A stretch of DNA of 64,000 nucleotides from Vitrella brassicaformis CCMP3155. Its lineage: Eukaryota > Protista > Chromerida. Numbering within the stretch: position 1 is the stretch's first letter; the number at the start of each line of letters is the position of its first letter. A program made the translations under genes and the position numbers. Positions 51,001-61,200 of the stretch are shown here, piece after piece. The stretch spans positions 124,001 to 188,000 of the forward strand of contig CDMY01000055.1 of the NCBI GenBank assembly GCA_001179505.1. The letters are read 5' to 3'. The notes under the pieces are model-generated. The model searched no databases and was not told the origin of the DNA. It worked only from the letters and a program-made list of their open reading frames with translations.

Positions 51001-52147
51001 ATCTACGTTTGTGTTGGCTGTGTGCTACGTACGTTGTTCCGCGACACATCTAAGTGTTGTAGGCTGTCCATCTTGCTACCCAGACCATAAGGCAGAGAGC
51101 CAACGAGGCCGTTAGAATGGACATCCAGTCGGGTCAGGTTATGGCAAGACGTCACACTGGCCGGAAAGGGCCCTTCCATCCGCTTGTTCTCCCATATCTC
51201 CAGGATCCGTAGGCGCCGAAGTCTGCCGATGCCTTCGGGGATGGGTCCTGAAAGATCTGTCTTCACAAGCCAGAGAGCCTCGAGGCGCGAGAGGTTGGTG
51301 ATGGAGGGCGGGATGGGGCCGGGTGTTGAATTCATGAACCCGAGGTACAGGCCCTTGAGATATGGCAGCTCGCCAATTGTAGCCGGAAGGAGCCCATTCA
51401 TGCCGCCCTGACATTATAGTTAGCATCAAAACAAGTGCGCGCGTAAATTAATGTGCGCATCAGATGTAACTCACCACTTCACGCAGCCCGATAGCGCGAA
51501 GAGAGGTCACTCTGGCGATCCCATCACCCAAGCTTCCCTGCATAGGCAGGTATATGGCCCCGAGGCCGACCACGTGACGCAGCCGATAAAAGGCCTCCGA
51601 GGAGACGAACGGCGCACCCCCCCGCTGTGCCAATATCCCCGGCACATCCGATACCTCCATATGCTCAGGCCACCCTGTGAGAGCAATGATGTAGCCCTCC
51701 CGCGGACCGCCGTCCGCCCAGCGCCTCACTCAGCCGCACACACGTGATGAAGGACACGACGCACAGGTTGTCCTCGAAGACGGACTTGGTGTCGTTGTCC
51801 ACCAGTCCGGCCTCGTGAGACCACTCAAACAGAGCCGCTGCATCCTCCCGACACGAATCGCAGCGCACGAGCTCCTCCATTTCGGTATAGGGGAGGATGT
51901 TGTCGCCTCGCTGCACTTTGCCATCTGAGGTCACTACGTCAGCCGGACGGAAGACCCACAAGAGTTGCAGGAGCTTCAGCCGCCTTGGGTCACGCCAGCC
52001 GGGAGGGAGGGGATCCGACTCATTGGCGGGCTGGAGCCAGGGCTGGAGGATCCGCCGGAAGGGCGAGCAAGCCACGAGCGACGATGAGATGGCAAGAAAG
52101 ACAGCGCAGAGAGGAATCCTTATCGGATACCGTCTCATCCCCTCCAT
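45066..52147 (-). CDS. Receptor-like protein: signal peptide, plant-type LRRs, Cys-rich (GCC2/GCC3, ephrin-receptor-like) repeats, multi-pass (~7 TM) domain, cytoplasmic tail; >20 exons
   Basis: MRRYPIRIPLCAVFLAISSSLVA leader; LRRs such as GPIPPSITNLSRLEALWL, LSGPIPEGIGRLRRLRILEI, FSGPLPSSLGNAGNL; CRCLPGYEG...CTKCPPDSYS; CLPGLNC; GFVCSRCKAGF; TM block FLYPTVTK...LLLWTLAP...GFLYVGYRKNFHYWDFVLAMRR...WPF. Confidence 0.85.
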
Positions 52148-53120
52148 CTCCCGCACTTCTAAGCTCGCATTCATTCATTGATCACTTGCCAAGTCGGTTT
52201 TCTCCCATTGCAAGTGCGTTCTGAGGCGGCTGCCGTGCTCCTCTGAACAGTAATGATGCGTGGGGCTTTCCAATTTAGTGAATGCGGGGGTTACAGCACC
52301 AACGTACAGAATCGTTTCAACGAGACTTTCAAAGAGCATCGTTCGCAGGCCGTTGGCACTGTTTGTCATCGCAGGCCGCTACATTGCTACCTTCGCGGCC
52401 ACCTTATTAACGCCCCGCGGCCACTCTGCCAAACACAGCCAACATGATTCTGACGACATGCAGAGACACTCAGTGCATCGCTGAGGCAGACACACCGATG
52501 GCGCCTTCAGCCTTTGACACGTGCGAGGCGTGAGTAGCACACGCTTGGCTCACTCAGCCACACACACACAGATAAACAGGTAGACAGACACAGAAATGCG
52601 CCGACAGACAGAGAAACGCACCCAAACAGATACACACAGACACGCAATTCTGCGGCCCACGGCAGACTGAGACAAGCTGCTGCGTGCCCAGCTAAGTGGC
52701 AGGGACCTGGCAGGCTACAAAATGATGATGTCCTGACGACATGGCCAAAGTGTCCACACACGTATGCTATCCACACGGACGGCATTGATCAAAAATCCCC
52801 CGACCGACGCCCACCAATGCAACTCGTGCAACTCACGGGCCGCCAAAACCAATCAACTCCTACCCAGCCATCCACGCAACGCGCTGCGCTGGCAACACCT
52901 TTCAACGCCACATGCGTGCAAACACACACATGCACTTCACTCCCGTCCCGCCACGCAACGACACACACCGACTGACGACAGTCTGTCTGTCTGGCTGTCT
53001 GTCTGTCAGGGTGTGCATCATGCAGCCTCGCTGGAGAAATGACCAATAAAAGACAGACACACAGATAAAAACCCACACGTCACACACATGTTGGTTGCAT
53101 TCATTTGTGTCATTCAGGAC

Positions 53121-53782
53121 TCAGAGGCCTGAGACGGCCTCCAGTATGGGCACCACGCTGCGAGTGAAAGCTCCCTGATGCTCGTTGTTGACAGTGTCCA
53201 CCACCGCCAGTCTGCTACCCTGCGAGTTGCCGAAACCGACGTGGCCGTACACATAGCCGAGGCCGATCCCATCCATCTGCAGCTCCATCGTGCCCAGACC
53301 TGCAGGCATTTGATACACCCACACACACACACCACAAGCCTGGGTGCCAGTGAGAGCTTCTCTCTCTGTGTGTGTCAGTGGTCGTTTTACCGTAGTAGAT
53401 CCAATCAGCATTGCTGAAGGAGGAAGCTGCCTGCCCTGCGTCGAGGGCGTGTGCCAGTGCGTCGGGGGGGATGATCCGGCCCTCATGAAGCCGCGGATGA
53501 AGATGCTCGTGTCATGCACCGCTCCAGCACGTAGGCCGTCTTTAGGGCCTCCGCCACGTCAGGAATGTCGAAGGCCAAGAGGTCATGAAGACCTTCCTCA
53601 TGCATGGCCCGCTCGACGCGCTGCTGCAGGACGGCCGGCAGCTTGACGCCCTTTGGGATCTCTGTGGGCGGCTGCTTGTCGATCTGTGTTTGGAATGCCG
53701 GCCGCTTGGTGGGGTCATCGAGCATGTGAGAGGCCTTGTTGAGTGAGAGGGCCCACAGAGAGGGAACAGAGCCGGACGCCAT
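53121..53782 (-). pseudogene. Chimeric family copy C: intact MASGSVPSLWALSL N-terminus fused out of frame to two exons of an unrelated gene
   Basis: Matches copies A/B to ...AYVLERC (~53515), then stops. A different frame gives GRIIPPDALAHALD...WIYY|GLGTMELQMDGIG...AVSGL* across a GT-AG intron. Confidence 0.6.
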
Positions 53783-54930
53783 GAGTGAGTGAGATGTCTG
53801 CACAACGAACGACACAGAGTGGAATGCAGACGATGTGTGAATGCGCCTCGTTTGTCTCCTTACATGTGCTGGTAACGGCCGTGCAGGGCTGTCTACGGGA
53901 AGCGATACAGGTGACATGCCAACTCGAAACCAAAAACCCAAGCTGCACACACGCACGCGTCGATGAGAACAGATGCTTTTGACGCGTGTGCAGTGGTCTT
54001 TCGCCCACCCGACGTAAGTCAGTCAGTGGCGATGGGAGTGCCGATGCAGAGGCCGGGAACACACAACACGAGATCTGCAGTCAACATCCCTACAGACCGA
54101 CAGACAGGCGGGTGCGGAGCAGAGCAGATCAGCTGCCATCTTCATTGCTCAGTGTCCTCTCACCGCGGGCAGACGGACAGACGGGCCAGACAAACGATCA
54201 GCCAGAACAAGCGAGTGACTGAGTGAGTGAGGCCAGGGAGTGGGCGAGTCAATTGCCCGACACGAGTCGCAGCACCCATCGCCAGGCGACCTGGAGAGGT
54301 CAGCTAACCCCCAAGACCGCATCCTTACATCCAACGTGGAGTTTGCGGTGGGCACACATGTCGATGGACAGATGAAGAAGATGAACAGATGCATCATGGG
54401 TGGCTATACCTGCGAAGGGTCGTTGGTTTGTGTGCGTTGCGTGTCGACAGTGGTTGTCGACTGCTATGGCGCCAAACCTGAATCGAGTGACACGACAGAC
54501 AGACAGACAGACAGACGGCAGCGCGTGAGGAAAACAGCGCCTGCCTGCCTGTGCCGTTTGGGTGTATGAGTGTGTGCGTGTACCTTTTGAGTGCGGTGTA
54601 TTCCGCACCATGCAGGCATATTTGCTCCGGATCTGTGCGCCAACTCGGGCGGCGCTGGTCGGCAGCGTCCTTGACACCCTGCCTCTCCTGCCCAACCCCA
54701 TCAATCAACTGTTGTTGTGTCTTCCCTGTGTTGGCCCTCGCTCATTGCACTCACCTTCCTTTCCTCGACAGTCCCACTCCACTCATCCAACACCTCCCAT
54801 TGGACCGCCAGGTCTCAAAATGCGAGAACATACACTGAACTGAACGCACACCCACGCAGTCAGAATGAGTGTGTCGTGTGAGAGTGCCGTGTTCGATGCC
54901 CACCTTGCTGCCGTAGCCCAGAAGAGAGAG

Positions 54931-55144
54931 CTAGATCGGTCGGCATACATGTGCAGACTTTCGTATTAATTGCGGCCGGCAGTGAGTATCAGTGTTTTTG
55001 GACCGACTGACACGGATGTGTGCGTGTGTGTGTGTAGATAACAACAATACGCATAACTCTAGAAGGTTGCCTGGCGCCGCACAGCAGGCAGCAAGGCCGC
55101 ACCACAGCAGCACGCATCATTGAGGCTCGACACAAATGAAGTCG
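54931..55144. repeat. ~205-215 bp dispersed repeat, copy 2 (3' flank of the 55220 gene)
   Basis: See 44312-44516. Confidence 0.9.
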
Positions 55145-55219
55145 ACAAAGATGCACGAGCAGAATCTTCACTCCCCCCCCACACACACCCTCCTCACCAG
55201 TGTGTCGTCAGCCAGCAGA

Positions 55220-57130
55220 CTATCGGAGCACTGTCCTCTCGAGCCCACATTTGGCCAGCACTCGTCTTGCGGCATTCACAGCAACGGCGTAGCGCTCGAT
55301 GTCTGTGTTGCCGTCTGTCGGCGCCTCGGTCGTGTAGAGGCGGATGCGGCCATAGCCTATCGCCCGGTAGGCAGCAATGGTGTCGTCGGCTGCGGTGCCC
55401 TTGAGGATGATAAATCGTCGGCGCCCGTCATCTAACGGGACGAATGTATGCTCAGCCATGTAATCGATGGTCTTGAAGCCATCGATGGTCGGTGCCGTGA
55501 GCAGGGACCGATAGCGAGTGTCACCAGGACCGACATAAGTATCAGTCACCAGCTTCTTCTCCACCCCCTCTTGGTCGTACCACCGCTTCAGGACCGTCTC
55601 CTCGATGAAGGCCGTGAATAATGGGTAGAGGCACTCCCCACAGCGGATGACGGGATCGCTCTCGTCGTATGTGCTGCGGTAGGGATGGTTGGGGGGCAGA
55701 TCGGACAGGGGGACGGTCGTGAAGTACTGAGTGCCGATCCTATAGCGCTGCCTCGCCACGCCACTACCATGACCATCACCCTGCTGCCCTCCTGACCCAT
55801 CGCCCCCTGCCCCCTCCTGCTCCTGCTGACCCGCGGCATCGTTGTCTCCTTCGTCCTGCTCGCTCCCATCGCCCATGGCATCGTCGCCGATATCACTGTC
55901 ACTGTCACTGTCGCTGTCACTGTCACTGTCACTGTCGCCATCCTCCTCCATCTCCTCCTCCACCCGATCCAATGCCAGGCTGGTCCCTTTGTGGTTGAGC
56001 AAGTGGCCGAATGTCTTGTAGACGGCCACGGTGAGGGGCAGCTCATCGAAGGCCATCTTGCTGCCCAGCTGCTCGGCCATCCTGTCTGCTGACAGCCGCA
56101 GGGGCAGTGCCTCGATGAGCTTGTGATTGTGCGCCAGGTGGATGAAGTCGGTCATCTGCCGCCACACCGCCCCGCCTCGCTCGAGTGCATAGGCGGACGC
56201 CGACAGATAGCGAAACCGCCGGATGCGGTCCGCTGGCGTGGCGGCATCGCTGGTCGGCTGTGGGTGTGTCGGGGGGCCACCGGGGAGGTCGGTGTCTGCT
56301 GCCGTGGGTGTGGGTGTGGGTGTGGCTGTGGCTGTGGGTGGGGTAGGACGCTCGACATCGATGAGTCCGGTGAGTGAGTGTTTCTTGAGGTCCTGGTCGA
56401 TGCGCTTGAGCATGAAGGCCTCATCGACGAGCTGGCTGCCGTGTGTCTTGCTGGTCGGGCGGGCCGAGCAGACGGCCTCACACACAGACAGCATCGGGTA
56501 GATGTCCCCACGCCACACGTCGGCCGACAGGTCGTCGCCCAAGTGTCTGGGTGGCGGCGGCTTAGCCCAGCCGATCGGCCGGCAGGTGCCCTTGACGCCG
56601 TCAGCAATCTCACGCAGACCTTCGGCAGCCGACGAGAGAGCCGACAACACGCCAGGCCACTTCTGGGCGAGAAATGGCGTCTGCAGGACAGACACAGACA
56701 CAGACACACAGTGGGAGAGTGTGCTGATGGCCTCATTGTGTGTTTGTGTGTGGTTGACTTGGGCTGCGACTGTCGTGTTGAAGAGCTCCTGCACATCGGC
56801 AGCCTCGCGAGTGGCCTGACAGACACGCAAACAGCCGACGGCAACACAGACAGTGAGAGCCCACTGGACGGATGGCGTCACGACACTGTGAACGTGTGGG
56901 TACCTGTTCTATGTGTGAGTGAAGTGACGCGATGCGCTCCTCCAGTCGAGCCATACCCTCAGCGATGGACTGAAACACAACAGACAGACAGACAGACAGA
57001 GTGATGTGACCACGAGTGCTCTTCTGTCAGTCAGTTGCCTCACCGATTTGCTGTCAGATGCGGTCATTTCCTCTCCTCCCTGTGTGCGGGGCCGTTTGGG
57101 CGGCGCGCCGCCCTCGTCACTCATCGACAT
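55220..57130 (-). CDS. Lineage-specific family gene, degenerate F-box-like subtype, intact, with acidic (DS)n and (PT)n inserts
   Basis: MSMSDEGGAPPKRPRT leader exon, two 5' introns, then long exon LSADVWRGDIYPMLSVCEAV...EAFMLKRID...VYKTFGHLL...DTRYRSLLTAP...GLERTVLR*. Confidence 0.8.
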
Positions 57131-57474
57131 GACTGCAGCAAACACACACAGGCACACCGAACCGGAGCAGCATACACCTTGAGTGGATGCGGCCATTGTC
57201 GTGCTCACCTTAGGTTTCTCGTCGAGTCACGTCGGTAACGCGGCTCTGTCTGTCGGTCGGCCTGAATGCGCCAAACAGACAGAGAGCTATGAGCGATTCT
57301 TTCGCACCTGCCGTCCTTCCCAGTAAAACACGGAAAGGCCGGCGACTCTGCCACGAGTGAAAGCTGCGGTCGTGCATGAGAGAGAACTTTCCGTTTGACG
57401 GACATTCTGGGCCAAACTCCAAACCCTGAACCCTGAAACCGCGAGGCTGCAAACAGGACCTCTCTGATTCCGCA

Positions 57475-57973
57475 ATGCATCTTGGCGCTTTGCTCTCACC
57501 TCTGCTTGTGGTGGCAGCGTCGACTGTCGCCGCCTTCGCCCCGCCGCCCTCCCTGACCACCCCACTCCACCGCACCTCCCCCCTCCCCCTGTCGTCCCTG
57601 TCTGCCAAGGCCAAGGACATCAAGATCTACAAGCGGAAGCGCAACCTCAAGTACGCGTCGCAGCACATGTTCACACCCGACGGCGATCTGGTGCGGGTGG
57701 TGCGCAAGGAGCGGCGGCGACTCAAGAACCTCGACGCAGAGAGCGTGGCGATGATCGGCATGTTCCGCACGCTCGACGAGGACCAGCTGGAGGAGATGCG
57801 ACAGGCCGACTACAGGGCCAAGGAGGGCATTCTACAAATTAGGTGAGTCAGGGAGGCGCGGGGATTCACACACAGCCAGCACACACTGCATCCACACGTG
57901 TGTGTGTGTGGTTGTGTTGATTGTGTGTGCGCGTGGCGTCAGGGTTGAGGGCGAGGAGGGCGACGAGGACTGA
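57475..57973 (+). CDS. Small nucleus-encoded, probably plastid-targeted basic protein, 2 exons
   Basis: Signal peptide MHLGALLSPLLVVAASTVAA, then FAP and a Ser/Pro/Thr-rich transit-like stretch, then a K/R-rich mature part. Intron 57843-57942; acidic tail VEGEEGDED*. Confidence 0.75.
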
Positions 57974-58269
57974 GTTCACGACGTGATCGAAGGCTGCTCT
58001 GGCGAATGAAGCAAAACGATGACAGGACAGTGTGCATAGCCCGTTTTTGGGCGAACGGAGGGATAGTCAGTTTGCGATGAGGTCACTCACTCACTGTTGT
58101 CTGACATGACTTGGGGGTCGCAATGCGACCAGACTTTGAATGAATGATGACTTACTTCATTCGATGCAAACCACTCACTCTCAAACGCGATGCACTCACA
58201 CGATGCTGCAAGCACCTGCACCCCTTTGCACTGCATCGCTGACACCTGGTGGGCCGGTCGTCTGTCTGG

Positions 58270-61200
58270 TCATTCCTCGGCCTTCTCTCCGACCTCTGCC
58301 TGTGCTTCTGGCTGGAGCAAGCTGTCCACTTGTTGAACGAGCACCTTGACTGTGTCGCGGATGGCTGATGCTCGGTCGGTCAGGGGCGCAGGCGACAGCT
58401 GACGATGACCCCTGCCTGCATCAGTTGCAGCTTCGCGAATAATGCTGCCTGATTGACGGAGAGAGAGAGAGAGAGAGGAGCACACACACAGACAGTGGTT
58501 GGACGGTCAGTTGTCGGTGTGCAAGGCGTGGCGTACCTGCTCCTCTGTGACTGACGGCCAGCTTTGCCAGCTGCTTTGCAAACATGTGGCAGACCTCATA
58601 CGCGTCACTGCGCGCTCTCAGGCCAGCTGCAGTGCTCTCTTGGAAGCGAATCGCTTCAGCCCTCTCTTCGTCAGTCAGAATCAGTGGGCTGCCTTCCACG
58701 CGGCTCTCGTGCGGCGGCTGCTGCTGGTGCACGATGCCCCTCCAGGCGACAAAGTACTTGGCCGATTTGTGCAGCCGCGTCCAACACTGAAACACAGCCA
58801 CAGACAGAGACACACAGAGACACACGGATTGAGTGGCGTCTCCTCTGAATGACTCTATCTACCCGTTTCACAACGGCTTCATCCGTCTCATCGTAATCGT
58901 CTCCAGGTTGCTTGGTGCTGAGGTGCATGGGCACTCTCGAGGTCACCGATGTGCGCCTGCCGCTCTGCTTGTGGAGCGAGGCCGACACGGCGAACATCTT
59001 GCCAGCGGCACGGAAGGAGATGCGGGGGGAAGAAGCGGCTTTGTGTAGCTCCCTCTGTATGTCCTCGATGAGCTTGCGGGCCACCGGAATGAGCGACTCG
59101 GATGAGGCGCCGGCTGACGAGCGGGGCGTATTGGGGCACTCGGAGGCTATCCACAAGTCCAAATCTGGAAGAATGGAATAACCATTGCAATACCATGTGT
59201 GTGTTGTGTCTCATGTGTCAGCCTACCAGTGGCCGCCCATGACAGCAAATCTCTCTGAAAGGCAGTGTTGGTGAACACTTCCGTCTCGTCCACAGCGGCC
59301 TTTGCGGCCTTGCCCCTCTCCCTCGAGCCGTCGCGCGATGCGCCAGGGAAAATGGACCCTCTCCTGCCCGACTGCCGCCGCTGCCAATCGGCCATCGACA
59401 CAGTGCTGCCGATGCTGCTTCGCCGCTTGGTGAAGGCCGGCTGGGGGGCCGACAGGAGAAGGGGGGCTCCTGTCTGCTCAGGGGCCTGGCTGGCCTTCAT
59501 CGCGTCTCGCAGAAGGTTGACGAATGTCTCGCTGTCGATAGATGAGGGAACGCCCGAGTGCTCAAGTGCCTCGGCGAACACGGACAGCACGCCGTATGTG
59601 AGGGGGCCGTCATGTCCTCCTGCCTGAGGGGTGTACGGTGAGCCGCCCTCCGCCGTCATCCGCTTGGAAGATATACGCCTCTTGAGAGAGCTCCGCGGGG
59701 ACAGCGGCTGTGTGTGGCCATCGTCCACAATGCGCTGCTCTTTCATGGCCTGGATGAAGTCTTTCGGCGAGACCACACACCCTGACAGCCCCGTCGTGCA
59801 GTGGGTCTTGAAAGTGCGTAGCAGCAGCACGTCCTCTGCAGCCCTCGCCGTTTGCCACGCCAGCACCAAATGCCGCACCATGTCGCCCAGACGGACATAG
59901 CCGTTCCAGCGAAGCGACGGCGAGGTGGGCGAGAAGGGCGAGGTGGGCGAGGTGGGCGAGCCGCACTCACTGTCAGCTTCTCCCCCCGCCATGGCCTTTG
60001 CCGACATGCGTATGTTGTGCCGCTGGATGAGTGAGAGGTTGGCCAGGGGGTTGGGAAGAGAGAGGGGGTTCAACTGAGAGGCGACCGCTGCCTCCTTGTT
60101 GAGGGCATGGGTGGGGGATCGGTGGGGGTCGACGGTGGAATGCACCACATGGCTATCAACAAACTCTATCAAGCTCTGCAATTGTTCACACAGACACATA
60201 TATACCTTAACCATGATGAGGTAGGAAAGTGAGTGTGTGAGGGCAGTCACCGTGTATTGGTTGGGATGCGTGGTCGGGTCACACAGCCGAGGCAGCAGGC
60301 CCCTCAAACGGTCCAACGGCAACGCTAGGGTGGGAGGATGTAGCGGGGCCTTCTCGCTCAACCGTGTCTCCGTCCCCCGACTGATGGCCCCAACAAATGA
60401 CGGCGAAGAGCCAGTGTCCCCGGGAAGGGCACAGAAGAGCTCCCTCAGCGCTTGAGAGACATACACACCCAAGTCACGCCTGAAGAATGGGTTCTCGTCA
60501 GAGAAGATTCCCACGATGCGACCGAACAGGACGCCAACAGAGGACAGCTCCGTCGCCCCCACGTCATCTTCAGGAAGCGCCCGCTGTTCGTACTCGCCAT
60601 CCAGGTACGCACTGCACGATTCATGTTCCCTCCCTCCGCCCTTCGTGTAGGCGTCATCGCCTCCAGGGAAGAAGTAATGAAGCGACCGCAGAAACGAAAA
60701 CAGTTCCACCTTAGCGAATGGGACCACTTGGAACTGGTGTAGAAAGTAACAGAAGGTCACGTGGGCGAGGGAAGGCAGCCTGTTCTGCGGCACATTGTCG
60801 TAGAGAGATGGCGCTTGCTCATCGTCTCTCGGCGTCGTCGGTTGCTCGGGTGTGGACACCTGGCTTGGCACCACAGTCAGCACAGGGCGGCCCTTGCGTC
60901 CCGTAGGCGATGATGGCTTCGATGACGGCACGCGAGACAGCTGGACAACAGAGGAGGTGGGCTTGTGGTAGCTGCGAAGGATGCCGTCATAGTAGGCAAA
61001 GATGTGAAGAACCGTCTCGAGAACAAGAGAGAGCGGGCGGAGGGGGAACAGAGTCCATGCAGAGGTGAATGCCGTGTCGGGCGCCTCCCCACATCGACTG
61101 CCGACCAGAAAAGAGTGAAAGTCACCCAGCGGCGGTAGCAATGAAGGGTCCCTGTACACAGTTGTGGGCAGAGAAAGGACGGCTGGGGTGGCTGGGGCGT

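Noticed and set aside
52175-53100. Short ORFs upstream of the LRR receptor
   Set aside because: No motifs; microsatellite-rich promoter/intergenic sequence.
54240-54843. Overlapping short ORFs on both strands as a small gene
   Set aside because: Splice-like signals present but no consistent reading frame or recognisable product.
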